From NCBI RefSeq assembly GCF_046299535.1, contig NZ_JBKBIB010000012.1, positions 21,833 through 85,832 on the forward strand: 64,000 nt of DNA, in the 5' to 3' direction. The notes below the pieces were generated by a model. It had not been told where the DNA came from. It ran no database searches and saw only the letters and a list, made by a program, of their open reading frames with translations. The stretch is from Brevundimonas sp. (lineage in GTDB: Bacteria > Pseudomonadota > Alphaproteobacteria > Caulobacterales > Caulobacteraceae). The position numbers and the translations under genes were made by a program. Of the stretch, positions 45,963-56,614 are shown piece by piece (positions within the stretch are counted from its first letter, which is position 1; each line of letters opens with the position of its first letter).

Positions 45963-46615
45963 CCGATGTGATGACCAAGGCCGACAAGGCGCTCGGGACG
46001 CTGGGCCGCGCCATCGTCAAGGCGGGCGGCAAGGCCGTGACCGGCTGGAGCGTGGCGTTCGGTGAACTGACCATCGAAGCCCGCCGCGACGACATCGTGG
46101 CGCTGATGACGAAGCTGCGCGACCAGTTCGAGTTCCAGCAGCTGACCGATCTGGCGGGCGTGGATTATCCCGAGCGGGCCGAGCGGTTCGATGTGGTCTA
46201 TCACCTGCTGTCGCTGACGAAGAACCTGCGCGTGCGCGTGCGGGTCATGACCGACGAGCGGGCGCCCGTGCCCAGCATCACCGGTGTCTATCCGGCGGCG
46301 GACTGGTTCGAGCGCGAGGCGTTCGACATGTACGGCATGCTGTTCTCGGGCCACCCGGACCTGCGCCGGCTGCTGACCGACTACGGCTTCCAGGGCTATC
46401 CCCTGCGCAAGGACTTCCCCATGACCGGCTATGTGGAAGTCCGCTACGACGAGGCGCAGAAGCGGGTGGTCTATGAACCCGTCAAGCTGGCCCAGGAATT
46501 CCGGAACTTCGATTTCCTCTCGCCGTGGGAAGGCGCCGAGTACGCCGCGCCGGTTCTGCCGGGCGACGAGAAGGCGATCGGCTCGGCCGGCAAGCCCAGC
46601 GGAGGCAAGGCGTGA
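45959..46615 (+). CDS. nuoC: NADH-quinone oxidoreductase subunit C
   Basis: ATG 45959 overlaps the nuoB stop (ATGA). [28 protein letters not shown]. Confidence 0.93.
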   Translation: MTDVMTKADKALGTLGRAIVKAGGKAVTGWSVAFGELTIEARRDDIVALMTKLRDQFEFQQLTDLAGVDYPERAERFDVVYHLLSLTKNLRVRVRVMTDERAPVPSITGVYPAADWFEREAFDMYGMLFSGHPDLRRLLTDYGFQGYPLRKDFPMTGYVEVRYDEAQKRVVYEPVKLAQEFRNFDFLSPWEGAEYAAPVLPGDEKAIGSAGKPSGGKA

Positions 46616-47892
46616 TGGCGGACGGTCACGACACCCAGGCTCTGAAGGTCGACGCCCGCGACGAAGCGGCGCTGGAGACCGGCGCCGTCGCGTTCGACAC
46701 GCCGGTGAAAGCGGACATGGACGACCGCAAGTTCACCATCAATTTCGGGCCCCAGCACCCGGCGGCGCACGGGGTGCTGCGTCTGGTGCTGGATCTGGAC
46801 GGCGAGGTCGTGACGCGGGTGGACCCGCACATCGGCCTGCTGCACCGGGGCACGGAAAAGCTGATGGAGGCGCGGACCTACCTTCAGAACATCCCGTATT
46901 TCGACCGCCTCGACTATGTGGCGCCGATGAACCAGGAGCACGCCTTCTGCCTGGCCATCGAGAAGCTGGTGGATATCGAGGTGCCGTACCGCGCCCAGCT
47001 GATCCGCGTGCTGTATTCGGAAATCGGCCGGATCCTGAGCCACCTGCTGAACATCACCACCCAGGCCATGGACGTGGGCGCCCTGACCCCGCCGCTGTGG
47101 GGCTTCGAGCAGCGCGAACAGCTGATGGTGTTCTATGAGCGGGCTTCGGGCTCGCGCCTGCACGCCAACTATTTCCGTCCCGGCGGCGTCCATCAGGACC
47201 TGCCCGACGACCTGATCAACGACATCTCGACCTGGTGCGAGGCCTTCCCGGCGGCCCTGAAGGACATCGAGAGCCTGGTCACCGAGAACCGCATCTTCAA
47301 GCAGCGCAACGTGGACATCGGCGTGGTGTCCAAGGACGAGGCCCTGGCCTGGGGCTTCTCGGGCGTGCTGCTGCGCGGCTCGGACATTCCGTGGGATCTG
47401 CGGAAATCACAGCCGTACGAATGCTACGCCGAGATGGAATTCGACATCGTCGTGGGCAAGAACGGCGACTGCTGGGACCGTTACCTCTGCCGCATCGAGG
47501 AGATGAAGCAGTCGGTGCGGATCATGGAACAATGCATCCACAAGCTGCGCAATTTCCGCGGCCCGGTGATGACCGAGAACAACAAGGTCGTGCCGCCGCG
47601 CCGGGGTGAGATGAAGCGCTCGATGGAAGCCCTGATCCATCACTTCAAGCTGTACACCGAGGGCTTCCATACGCCGGCCGGCGAGGTCTATGCGGCGGTC
47701 GAGGCGCCCAAGGGCGAGTTCGCCGTCTATCTGGTGTCCGACGGCACCAACAAGCCGTACCGCTGCAAGATCGTGGCGCCCGGCTTCAAGCACCTGCAGG
47801 CCATGGACTGGATGAACCGCGGCCACATGCTGGCCGACGTGTCCGCCATCCTCGGCTCGCTCGACATCGTGTTCGGAGAGGTGGACCGATGA
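46615..47892 (+). CDS. nuoD: NADH-quinone oxidoreductase subunit D
   Basis: ATG 46615 overlaps the nuoC stop. [15 protein letters not shown]-terminal DIVFGEVDR. Confidence 0.95.
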   Translation: MADGHDTQALKVDARDEAALETGAVAFDTPVKADMDDRKFTINFGPQHPAAHGVLRLVLDLDGEVVTRVDPHIGLLHRGTEKLMEARTYLQNIPYFDRLDYVAPMNQEHAFCLAIEKLVDIEVPYRAQLIRVLYSEIGRILSHLLNITTQAMDVGALTPPLWGFEQREQLMVFYERASGSRLHANYFRPGGVHQDLPDDLINDISTWCEAFPAALKDIESLVTENRIFKQRNVDIGVVSKDEALAWGFSGVLLRGSDIPWDLRKSQPYECYAEMEFDIVVGKNGDCWDRYLCRIEEMKQSVRIMEQCIHKLRNFRGPVMTENNKVVPPRRGEMKRSMEALIHHFKLYTEGFHTPAGEVYAAVEAPKGEFAVYLVSDGTNKPYRCKIVAPGFKHLQAMDWMNRGHMLADVSAILGSLDIVFGEVDR

Positions 47893-48557
47893 GCGTCCGA
47901 CGTCTGGCAAAAGAACAACCGGCCTCGTTCGCCTTTTCGAAGGGCACGAAAAAAAAGGCCGACTGGTGGATCGCCAAATATCCGGCGGAGCGGAAGGCTT
48001 CGGCGGTGATCCCGATCCTGTGGCTGGTTCAGAAGCAGGAAGGCTGGGTCTCCGAGCCCGCCATCCGCGCCATCGCCGAGATGCTGGCCATGCCCTACAT
48101 CCGGGTGCTGGAGGTGGCGACCTTCTACACCATGTTCCAGCTGGAGCCCGTAGGCCGGACCGCCCTAATCCAGGTGTGCGGCACCACGCCGTGCATGCTG
48201 CGCGGGGCCAATGAGCTGATGGCGACCTGCCGCGAGAAGATCGGGGCCAAGGACCATCTGTCCGCCGACGGCCGGTTCACATGGCAGGAAGTGGAATGCC
48301 TGGGCGCCTGCGCCAATGCGCCCATGGCCCAGATCAACGACTACTATTTCGAAGACCTGACGCCCGAGACCCTGGCCCAGATCATCGACGATTTCGCCGC
48401 GGGCAAGTCGCCCAAGGCGGGCTCCTATGTGGGCCGTACGTCGTCTGAGCCCGAGGGCGGGGCCACGACCCTGAACGATCCGAAGCTGTATGACGGCTCG
48501 GCGGCCAGGCCGATCAAGAAGCTGCCCAACAGCGAACCGGCGAAGGAGCCGGCGTGA
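47889..48557 (+). CDS. nuoE: NADH-quinone oxidoreductase subunit E
   Basis: ATGA overlap with nuoD. 2Fe-2S ligand contexts VCGTTPC and [10 protein letters not shown]. Confidence 0.93.
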   Translation: MSVRRLAKEQPASFAFSKGTKKKADWWIAKYPAERKASAVIPILWLVQKQEGWVSEPAIRAIAEMLAMPYIRVLEVATFYTMFQLEPVGRTALIQVCGTTPCMLRGANELMATCREKIGAKDHLSADGRFTWQEVECLGACANAPMAQINDYYFEDLTPETLAQIIDDFAAGKSPKAGSYVGRTSSEPEGGATTLNDPKLYDGSAARPIKKLPNSEPAKEPA

Positions 48558-48880
48558 TGGAAATTGGGAACGACCCGAAAGTCATCTCTGCTTACCTGGA
48601 TGGGTTGAGTGGAAATGAACAGGCACAGGCGAGAGCCCAGTTCTGGGCCTGGGTTCGAGAGGGCGCCAAGGTCGGAGGCTCTTGGAAGACGTTAGGATCA
48701 AGCGCCATCATTGCAGGGCTTTTTGTAGCGTTTCTGACGGCCTTCCCGGACAGGGGCTTGGCGCCTTGGGGCTATGTTGGGGCGGTCATCCTTGCGGTTG
48801 CAGGGGCTTGGGTGTTCGCCAAAGGCGGCAGGCGTGAAAAAGAGTGGCGCGCGGCCAATCCTTTCAAGGTGGTCCTATGA
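48554..48880 (+). CDS. nuo-embedded hypothetical 2-TM membrane protein
   Basis: 108 aa (GTG 48554 or ATG 48557, overlapping the nuoE stop). Two hydrophobic helices. Visibly more A/T-rich than the nuo genes. Confidence 0.6.
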   Translation: MMEIGNDPKVISAYLDGLSGNEQAQARAQFWAWVREGAKVGGSWKTLGSSAIIAGLFVAFLTAFPDRGLAPWGYVGAVILAVAGAWVFAKGGRREKEWRAANPFKVVL

Positions 48881-49146
48881 GCGCCCCTGATCTGGACAAC
48901 GCCGAGGGCCGCAAGGCCTATCGCAATGAGCTGAACGGGGTGGCGCGGCCGTATCGCTGGGCCGGGCTGGTGTTCATCGTCATCGGCGCCTTCGTGCTGT
49001 GGGGCTCCACGCGCGGCTGGGCCGGTCTGACCGAGAGCGCCCAGGTCTGGGGCTACGGCGCCCTGGCCATCGGCTGGGTTCTGTTTCTGACCGCGACGTT
49101 CCTTCGGACGCGCCACCACAAGCGCCGCATGGCGCAGGGACTGTAG
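48877..49146 (+). CDS. nuo-embedded hypothetical 2-TM membrane protein
   Basis: 89 aa from ATG 48877 (ATGA overlap with the previous ORF). WAGLVFIVIGAFVLWG and YGALAIGWVLFLTATFL helices. Confidence 0.6.
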   Translation: MSAPDLDNAEGRKAYRNELNGVARPYRWAGLVFIVIGAFVLWGSTRGWAGLTESAQVWGYGALAIGWVLFLTATFLRTRHHKRRMAQGL

Positions 49147-49149
49147 GAC

Positions 49150-50463
<1,314 letters not shown>

Positions 50464-50468
50464 GGCGG

Positions 50469-50819
50469 ATGAACAGCACCGATGGCGCGCTGGGCGGCGT
50501 TCAAACCCTGCTTTCGCTCGGGTTCCAGTTCGGCTGGCTGCATCTGATCGGCCTGGTCGCAGGGTGGGAACGTATGGGATCGAAGTACGACGGCGGGCAG
50601 GGGCTGGCTGCCTTCACATTCGTCGCTCAGATGGCGCCGGTTCTGATGATGGCCCTGTTCTTTCCCATTGCGCTATTCGAAGTCGCTTTCAATGAGCCTA
50701 CACCCGGACCCATCGTGATGATTCTCGCGTGGGGAGCTTTGGGTGTGGGACCGGCGATGCTGTTGGCGCTCGTCCTGAACAAAGCCCCGTTGAAAGCCGT
50801 ACCCGAGATGGCGCTATGA
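50469..50819 (+). CDS. nuo-embedded hypothetical membrane protein
   Basis: 116 aa from ATG 50469, 6 nt after the nuoF stop. About three hydrophobic helices. Confidence 0.55.
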   Translation: MNSTDGALGGVQTLLSLGFQFGWLHLIGLVAGWERMGSKYDGGQGLAAFTFVAQMAPVLMMALFFPIALFEVAFNEPTPGPIVMILAWGALGVGPAMLLALVLNKAPLKAVPEMAL

Positions 50820-51307
50820 GAGTCAGTGTCTCGATCATTCTGGCGATGACGCTCTCCGCCTGTGGTCAGGCGGACGAGCCCGCCTCGGCGCCGGAGACGG
50901 CGGCCGAGCCCGCCGCGGTGACCCAGGCCTCGCCCGAGGCGCTGGATCAGGCGGGGCTACGCGACGTCTGCCGGGCGGCCATCGCCACGGTGAACGAACT
51001 GCCGGTGGCCCTGATCGATTTGGATGGCGTCGAGACGCTGGACGAAGGCGAGGCGGTGAACCTGTCCTGGCGCGCGCCGGTGGACGGGGGCCGCGCCCAG
51101 GCCCAGTGCCGCGTCGAGGGCGATGTGGTGGTGTGGCGTCTGACCGGCCTGCCGGACCCCGAGGCCCAGGTGTGGCGCACCGGCCCGACCGATCCGATCG
51201 TCCGCTACGTGCGCGAGACCGACCGGATCACGATTATCCAGACCCTCCCGGATGGGACGAGTTCGCAGACTCAAGTGTCTGTGAATGTTGAAGAAGAGGC
51301 CCGCTGA
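50816..51307 (+). CDS. nuo-embedded lipoprotein
   Basis: 163 aa. ATGA overlap at both ends. Lipobox AMTLSAC. Acidic mature part. Confidence 0.6.
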   Translation: MRVSVSIILAMTLSACGQADEPASAPETAAEPAAVTQASPEALDQAGLRDVCRAAIATVNELPVALIDLDGVETLDEGEAVNLSWRAPVDGGRAQAQCRVEGDVVVWRLTGLPDPEAQVWRTGPTDPIVRYVRETDRITIIQTLPDGTSSQTQVSVNVEEEAR

Positions 51308-53364
51308 TGCCCGTCGCCAAGGTCAACGGCGTAGAAGTCGAGTTCGAGCCCGGCATGACCGTGCTCCAGGTCGCCGAGAAGGCGGGGCAGGAGATTCCGC
51401 GCTTCTGCTATCACGAGCGGCTGTCCATCGCCGGCAACTGCCGCATGTGTCTGGTCGAGGTGAAGCCCGGGCCGCCCAAGCCCCAGGCCTCGTGCGCCCT
51501 GCCGGCCGCCGACGGGCAGGAGATCTTCACCAACACCCCCATGGTCGAGAAGGCCCGCAAGGGGGTGATGGAATTCCTGCTGATCAACCACCCTCTGGAT
51601 TGCCCGATCTGCGATCAGGGCGGGGAATGCGACCTGCAGGACCAGTCGATGTATTTCGGCCGGGACGCCTCGCGCTATGCCGAGAACAAGCGCGCGGTCG
51701 AAGAAAAGCACATGGGCCCGACCATCAAGACCTTCATGACGCGCTGCATCCAGTGCACGCGCTGTGTGCGGTTCATCACCGAGGTGGCGGGGGTGCCGGA
51801 CATCGGCATGATCTCGCGCGGCGAGAGCGCCGAGATCACCACCTATCTGGAAAAGTCGGTGGACTCCGAGCTGTCGGGCAACGTCAACGACCTGTGCCCG
51901 GTGGGCGCCCTGACGCACCGGCCGTGGCAGTATCATTACCGCCCTTGGGAGTTGAAGAAGACCGAGACCATCGACGTGATGGACGCGCTGGGCTCCAACA
52001 TCCGCGCCGACAGCCGCGGCGCCGAGGTCATGCGCGTGCTGCCGCGGGTGCACGAGGGCATCAATGAGGAATGGCTGTCGGACCGCAGCCGCTATGTGGT
52101 GGACGGGCTGACGAAGCGCCGTCTGGACCGCCCGTGGGTGCGTGAGGGCGGCAAGCTGCGCCCCGCAACATGGGACGAGGCGCTGGGCGTCGTGGCCGGC
52201 AAGCTGAAGGCCGCGAAGCCGGAAAAGATCGGCGCCATCGCCGGCGACCTGCAGGACGCGGAGTCCATGAAGGCGACGCTTGACCTGTTCCGGGCGCTGG
52301 GATCGGCCAACACCGACTGCCGACAGGACGGCGCTGCGATCGGCGGGGCCGAGCGCGAGGGCTGGCTGTTCAACAGCGGTCTGGCGGGCATCGAGAACGC
52401 GGACGCCATCCTGATGGTGGGCGTCAATCCGCGCGTTGAGGCGCCGTTGCTGAACGCCCGCATCCGCAAGGGCTGGCTGGCGGGCCGCACCGAGGTGATG
52501 GTGATCGGCGAGCAGGCCGAGTTGACCTATGGCTACCAGTATCTGGGCTCCGGGACGAAGACGGTCGGCAAGCTGCCCAAGGCGGCCATGGACCTGCTGA
52601 CCCGGGCCGAGCGTCCGGCGATCATCGTCGGCTCCGCCGCCCTGACCGGCGAGACCGGTCCGGCGGTTCTGGGCGCGCTGGGCAAGCTGGCGGCCAAGGT
52701 CGGCGTGGTTGGCGCCAAAGACTCTGGCGACTGGAACGGCTTCAACGTGCTGCACAATGCGGCGGCGCGGGTGGGCGGTCTGGATATGGGCTTCACGCCG
52801 GGGCAGGGCGGTCTGTCGGCGGTGGAGATGGTTCAGAAGGGCGCGCTGGATGTGCTGTTCCTGCTGGGCGCTGACGAGATCGATACGTCGAAGTCGAAGG
52901 CCTTCAAGATCTATCTGGGCAGCCACGGGGACGCGGGCGCCCACGGGGCGGACGTGATCCTGCCGGGCGCGGCCTATACCGAGAAGTCGGGCCTGTATGT
53001 GAACACCGAGGGCCGGGTGCAGATGACCGAGCGGGTCGTGTTCCCCAAGGGCGAGGCCAAGGAAGACTGGGCCATCCTGCGGGCCCTGTCGGAGCGCGTG
53101 GGCCACACCCTGCCGTACGACAGCCTGAACCAGCTGCGGGCTGTGCTGATGGCCGATCATCCGACCTTCGGCCGGGTGGACTATCTGGCCCCGGCGCGGG
53201 TGTTTGGCGTCGACAGGCTGGGCGCCAAGGGCGAGCTGGGCGACGTGGTGTTCGCCCCGGCCCTGAAGGACCCATATCTGACCAACCCGATCGCGCGCGC
53301 GTCCGAGACAATGGCCGAACTGTCGGCCCAGCGTTCGGCGCCCCAGCTGATGGCGGCGGAGTAA
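51307..53364 (+). CDS. nuoG: NADH-quinone oxidoreductase subunit G
   Basis: 685 aa. 2Fe-2S and 4Fe-4S motifs (CYHERLSIAGNCRMC, HPLDCPICDQGGEC, CIQCTRCVRF). Confidence 0.95.
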   Translation: MPVAKVNGVEVEFEPGMTVLQVAEKAGQEIPRFCYHERLSIAGNCRMCLVEVKPGPPKPQASCALPAADGQEIFTNTPMVEKARKGVMEFLLINHPLDCPICDQGGECDLQDQSMYFGRDASRYAENKRAVEEKHMGPTIKTFMTRCIQCTRCVRFITEVAGVPDIGMISRGESAEITTYLEKSVDSELSGNVNDLCPVGALTHRPWQYHYRPWELKKTETIDVMDALGSNIRADSRGAEVMRVLPRVHEGINEEWLSDRSRYVVDGLTKRRLDRPWVREGGKLRPATWDEALGVVAGKLKAAKPEKIGAIAGDLQDAESMKATLDLFRALGSANTDCRQDGAAIGGAEREGWLFNSGLAGIENADAILMVGVNPRVEAPLLNARIRKGWLAGRTEVMVIGEQAELTYGYQYLGSGTKTVGKLPKAAMDLLTRAERPAIIVGSAALTGETGPAVLGALGKLAAKVGVVGAKDSGDWNGFNVLHNAAARVGGLDMGFTPGQGGLSAVEMVQKGALDVLFLLGADEIDTSKSKAFKIYLGSHGDAGAHGADVILPGAAYTEKSGLYVNTEGRVQMTERVVFPKGEAKEDWAILRALSERVGHTLPYDSLNQLRAVLMADHPTFGRVDYLAPARVFGVDRLGAKGELGDVVFAPALKDPYLTNPIARASETMAELSAQRSAPQLMAAE

Positions 53365-54447
53365 GTGATGGAAGCGACCACGACATCTTTCTGGAGCACG
53401 CCGGTGGGCTGGACCCTGATGACCGCGGGCGGAATCTTGCTGGTCACCGTCGGCATCCTGATCTCGCTGGCGTTCCTGCTGCTGGCCGACCGGAAGATCT
53501 GGGCGGGCGTGCAGATGCGCAAGGGCCCCAATGTGGTGGGGCCGTTCGGCCTGCTGCAGTCGTTCGCGGACTTCTTCAAATTCGTGCTGAAGGAGATCGT
53601 GGTCCCGGCGGGCGCGGACAAGATCGTGTTCCTGCTGGCGCCGCTGCTGACCTTCGTGCTGGCCTTCATCGCCTGGGCCGTGATCCCGTTCGCCCCCGGA
53701 TGGGTGGTCTCGGACCTGAACGTGGGCGTGCTGTACCTGTTCGCCGTTTCGTCGCTGGGCGTCTACGGCATCATCATGGGCGGCTGGGCCTCCAACTCGA
53801 AATACCCGTTCCTCGGCTCGCTGCGGTCGGCGGCCCAGATGGTGAGCTATGAGGTGTCGCTGGGCCTGATCATCGTCACGGTGATCCTGCTGGCCGGCAG
53901 CATGAACCTGACCACCATCGTGGACAATCAGGCGGGCTGGATCTGGAACTGGCACGCCTTCGGCGGCGGCCTCGGCAATCTGCCGCTGCTGATCCTCATG
54001 TTCCCCATGTCGATCGTGTTCTTCATCTCGGCCCTGGCCGAGACGAACCGCCCGCCGTTCGACCTGCCCGAGGCGGAGTCCGAACTGGTGGCCGGGTATC
54101 AGGTGGAATACTCGTCCACGCCGTACCTGCTGTTCATGATCGGCGAGTACGCCAACATCGTTCTGATGTGCGCCATGATCACCCTGCTGTTCTTCGGCGG
54201 GTGGAACCCGGGCTTCCCGACGCCCTTCCTGGACGGCGCGCCGCAGTTCGTGGCCAACCTGTTCTATCTGGGCGTCTTCCTGTTCAAGACGGTGTTCTGG
54301 TTCGCCATGATCGCCATGGTGAAGGCCTTCGTGCCCCGCTACCGCTACGATCAGCTGATGCGTCTGGGCTGGAAGGTGTTCCTGCCCTATTCGCTGGCAG
54401 CCGTGGTGCTGGTGGCGGCGTGGCGGGTGTTCGGGGGCGCGATCTGA
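53365..54447 (+). CDS. nuoH: NADH-quinone oxidoreductase subunit H
   Basis: GTG 53365 or ATG 53368. [35 protein letters not shown]. Confidence 0.95.
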   Translation: MMEATTTSFWSTPVGWTLMTAGGILLVTVGILISLAFLLLADRKIWAGVQMRKGPNVVGPFGLLQSFADFFKFVLKEIVVPAGADKIVFLLAPLLTFVLAFIAWAVIPFAPGWVVSDLNVGVLYLFAVSSLGVYGIIMGGWASNSKYPFLGSLRSAAQMVSYEVSLGLIIVTVILLAGSMNLTTIVDNQAGWIWNWHAFGGGLGNLPLLILMFPMSIVFFISALAETNRPPFDLPEAESELVAGYQVEYSSTPYLLFMIGEYANIVLMCAMITLLFFGGWNPGFPTPFLDGAPQFVANLFYLGVFLFKTVFWFAMIAMVKAFVPRYRYDQLMRLGWKVFLPYSLAAVVLVAAWRVFGGAI

Positions 54448-54674
54448 TGCGGAGCGGTCTGCCCGTGACTGTCGTCTGCGCGGTGCTGTTGAGCGCTTGC
54501 GGGCCCGTGGTGTTTGGCCCCCTGTCGACGCCCGCGCCTGTCCCCGCCGAGGTCGCCCTGGAGCGTCAGGAAGCGCGCGCCGATGCCGAAGCGGAACGCC
54601 TGCGCCGCTGCCAGATGGGCGAGACCGGCGTGCGCCGGGACGACCGCCGCTGCCGTGAAGGGGTGCCGAAATGA
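54447..54674 (+). CDS. nuo-embedded mini-lipoprotein, CX13C paralogue 1
   Basis: 75 aa. ATG overlaps the nuoH stop. Lipobox VLLSAC. ERQEA...C-x13-C (CQMGETGVRRDDRRC). Confidence 0.6.
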   Translation: MRSGLPVTVVCAVLLSACGPVVFGPLSTPAPVPAEVALERQEARADAEAERLRRCQMGETGVRRDDRRCREGVPK

Positions 54675-54865
54675 TCGCCGCGGCTTCAAAGACCGCCCTG
54701 TCCCTCGCAACCGTAGCCGGGCTGTGCGCCGCATGTGCTCGTGCGGAACCTGAAACGCTGATGCCCCAGCGACAGGAAGCGCTGGACCGGTACGAGGAAT
54801 GTCAGCGGACCGCGATCGGCAATCCGGACCATGAGCGTGATTGCAGGGATGCGGTAGCGCTATGA
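54671..54865 (+). CDS. nuo-embedded mini-(lipo)protein, CX13C paralogue 2
   Basis: 64 aa. ATGA overlap. Signal peptide ending GLCAAC. QRQEA...C-x13-C (CQRTAIGNPDHERDC). Confidence 0.6.
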   Translation: MIAAASKTALSLATVAGLCAACARAEPETLMPQRQEALDRYEECQRTAIGNPDHERDCRDAVAL

Positions 54866-55071
54866 AGACCATCGGAATCCTGAACTTTGCGGCCGTGATG
54901 CTGGCGTCCTGCGCCCCCTATGAGGCCGATCCGACGTCCGTCTACCAGTGGGAGCGCCGCCAGGAGGGCATCGAGCGCACCCACGCCCAGCGCGTGGAGC
55001 GTTGCCGCGCCATGAACCGAGACAGCGAGCGCTTCGCCCGTGAGTGCGCCGACCTGAGAGAGATCGACTGA
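54862..55071 (+). CDS. nuo-embedded mini-lipoprotein, CX13C paralogue 3
   Basis: 69 aa. ATGA overlap. Lipobox VMLASC. RRQEG...C-x13-C ([15 protein letters not shown]). Its stop overlaps the nuoI ATG. Confidence 0.6.
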   Translation: MKTIGILNFAAVMLASCAPYEADPTSVYQWERRQEGIERTHAQRVERCRAMNRDSERFARECADLREID

Positions 55072-55562
55072 TGTTGAACCGTATCGGACAGGCCGTGAAG
55101 GGCGCGCTGCTGATCGACGTGATCGGCGCCGTCGGCCTGTCGCTCAAGTACATGATGAGGCCCAAGGCGACGGTGAACTATCCGTTCGAGCGCGGGCCGC
55201 AGTCGCCGCGCTTCCGGGGCGAGCACGCCCTGCGCCGCTATCCCAACGGCGAGGAGCGCTGCATCGCGTGCAAGCTGTGCGAGGCCATCTGCCCGGCCCA
55301 GGCCATCACCATCGAGTCCGAGCCGCGCTCGGACGGCAGCCGCCGCACGACCCGCTACGACATCGACATGGTGAAGTGCATCTACTGCGGTCTGTGCCAG
55401 GAGGCCTGCCCGGTGGACGCCATCGTCGAGGGACCGAACAGCGAATACGCCACCGAGACGCGCGAAGAGCTGTATTTCGACAAGGACCGCCTGCTGGCCA
55501 ACGGGGATCGTTGGGAGCGGGTGATCGCGAAGAATCTGGAACTGGACGCCCCCTACCGATAA
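55071..55562 (+). CDS. nuoI: NADH-quinone oxidoreductase subunit I
   Basis: ATG 55071. Two CxxCxxCxxxCP motifs ([24 protein letters not shown]). Confidence 0.95.
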   Translation: MLNRIGQAVKGALLIDVIGAVGLSLKYMMRPKATVNYPFERGPQSPRFRGEHALRRYPNGEERCIACKLCEAICPAQAITIESEPRSDGSRRTTRYDIDMVKCIYCGLCQEACPVDAIVEGPNSEYATETREELYFDKDRLLANGDRWERVIAKNLELDAPYR

Positions 55563-55686
55563 GAGGGGCGCCGATTCCGCATACGCGTTCTGCCGCGTCG
55601 CCGTCGGGGGCGGGCAGGGGATTTCACAAGGGCTTCGGGGGCGTCCCGGACTCCGTACGGTTTTTGAGAGGGGCTAGGTCCCGCCG

Positions 55687-56307
55687 ATGATACAGGCGAT
55701 CGCCTTCTATCTGCTGGCCACGGTGAGCGTGGTGTCCGCGTTGCTGGTCGTGACGGCCAAAAACCCGGTGCACTCCGTGCTGTGGCTGATCACCACCTTC
55801 TTCTCGGCCGCCGGGCTGTTCGTCATGCTGGGCGCCGAGTTCCTGGCCATGCTGCTGGTCGTGGTCTACGTGGGCGCCGTGGCGGTGCTGTTCCTGTTTG
55901 TCGTCATGATGCTGGACGTGGACTTCGTGCAGCTGCGCGAGGGCTACGCGAAATATTTCCCGCTGGCGGCCATCGTGGGCCTGATACTGCTGGCGGAGAT
56001 GATCGTGGTGGCGGTGGCGGCGGCCCAGGGCGGGGCGGCGCGCGGCGCGGAACTGATCCCGGCCACGGGCGTGTCCAACGTCGAGGCGATCGGGCGGGTG
56101 CTCTACACCGAGTACGTCTACATCTTCCAGGCGGCGGGTCTGGTGCTGTTGACGGCCATGATCGGCGCCATCGTCCTGACCCTGCGCTACAAGCCCAACA
56201 TCAAGCGTCAGGACATCGGCCGCCAGGTGAACCGGCGCCAGTCCGACGCCTACGCCAACGTCCAGGCCGAGAGCGGCAAGGGCGTGACCCTGGAGGATCT
56301 GAAATGA
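55687..56307 (+). CDS. nuoJ: NADH-quinone oxidoreductase subunit J
   Basis: 206 aa. Typical N-terminus [30 protein letters not shown]. Confidence 0.93.
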   Translation: MIQAIAFYLLATVSVVSALLVVTAKNPVHSVLWLITTFFSAAGLFVMLGAEFLAMLLVVVYVGAVAVLFLFVVMMLDVDFVQLREGYAKYFPLAAIVGLILLAEMIVVAVAAAQGGAARGAELIPATGVSNVEAIGRVLYTEYVYIFQAAGLVLLTAMIGAIVLTLRYKPNIKRQDIGRQVNRRQSDAYANVQAESGKGVTLEDLK

Positions 56308-56609
56308 TCGGTCTGCCACACTATCTGGCGGTCGCCGCGATCCTGTTCACCATCGGGGTGTTCGGCATCTTCGTGAACCGCAAGAACATCATCATCATCC
56401 TGATGTCGATCGAGCTGATCCTGCTGTCGGTGAACATCAATTTCGTCGCCTTCTCGGCCTATCTGAATGACATCTCCGGGCAGATCATGGCCATGTTCAT
56501 CCTGACCGTCGCCGCCGCCGAGGCGGCAATCGGCCTGGCCATCCTGGTGACCTTCTTCCGCAACCGCGGCGACATCGCGGTTGATGATGCTTCGATGATG
56601 AAGGGCTGA
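56304..56609 (+). CDS. nuoK: NADH-quinone oxidoreductase subunit K
   Basis: 101 aa from ATG 56304 (ATGA overlap). [32 protein letters not shown]. Confidence 0.95.
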   Translation: MIGLPHYLAVAAILFTIGVFGIFVNRKNIIIILMSIELILLSVNINFVAFSAYLNDISGQIMAMFILTVAAAEAAIGLAILVTFFRNRGDIAVDDASMMKG

Positions 56610-56614
56610 CGCGC

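Noticed and set aside
47941-47950. A-run (8 A) inside nuoE as a programmed slippage site.
   Set aside because: It simply encodes Lys-Lys-Lys in the intact nuoE frame. There is no alternative-frame ORF of interest downstream.
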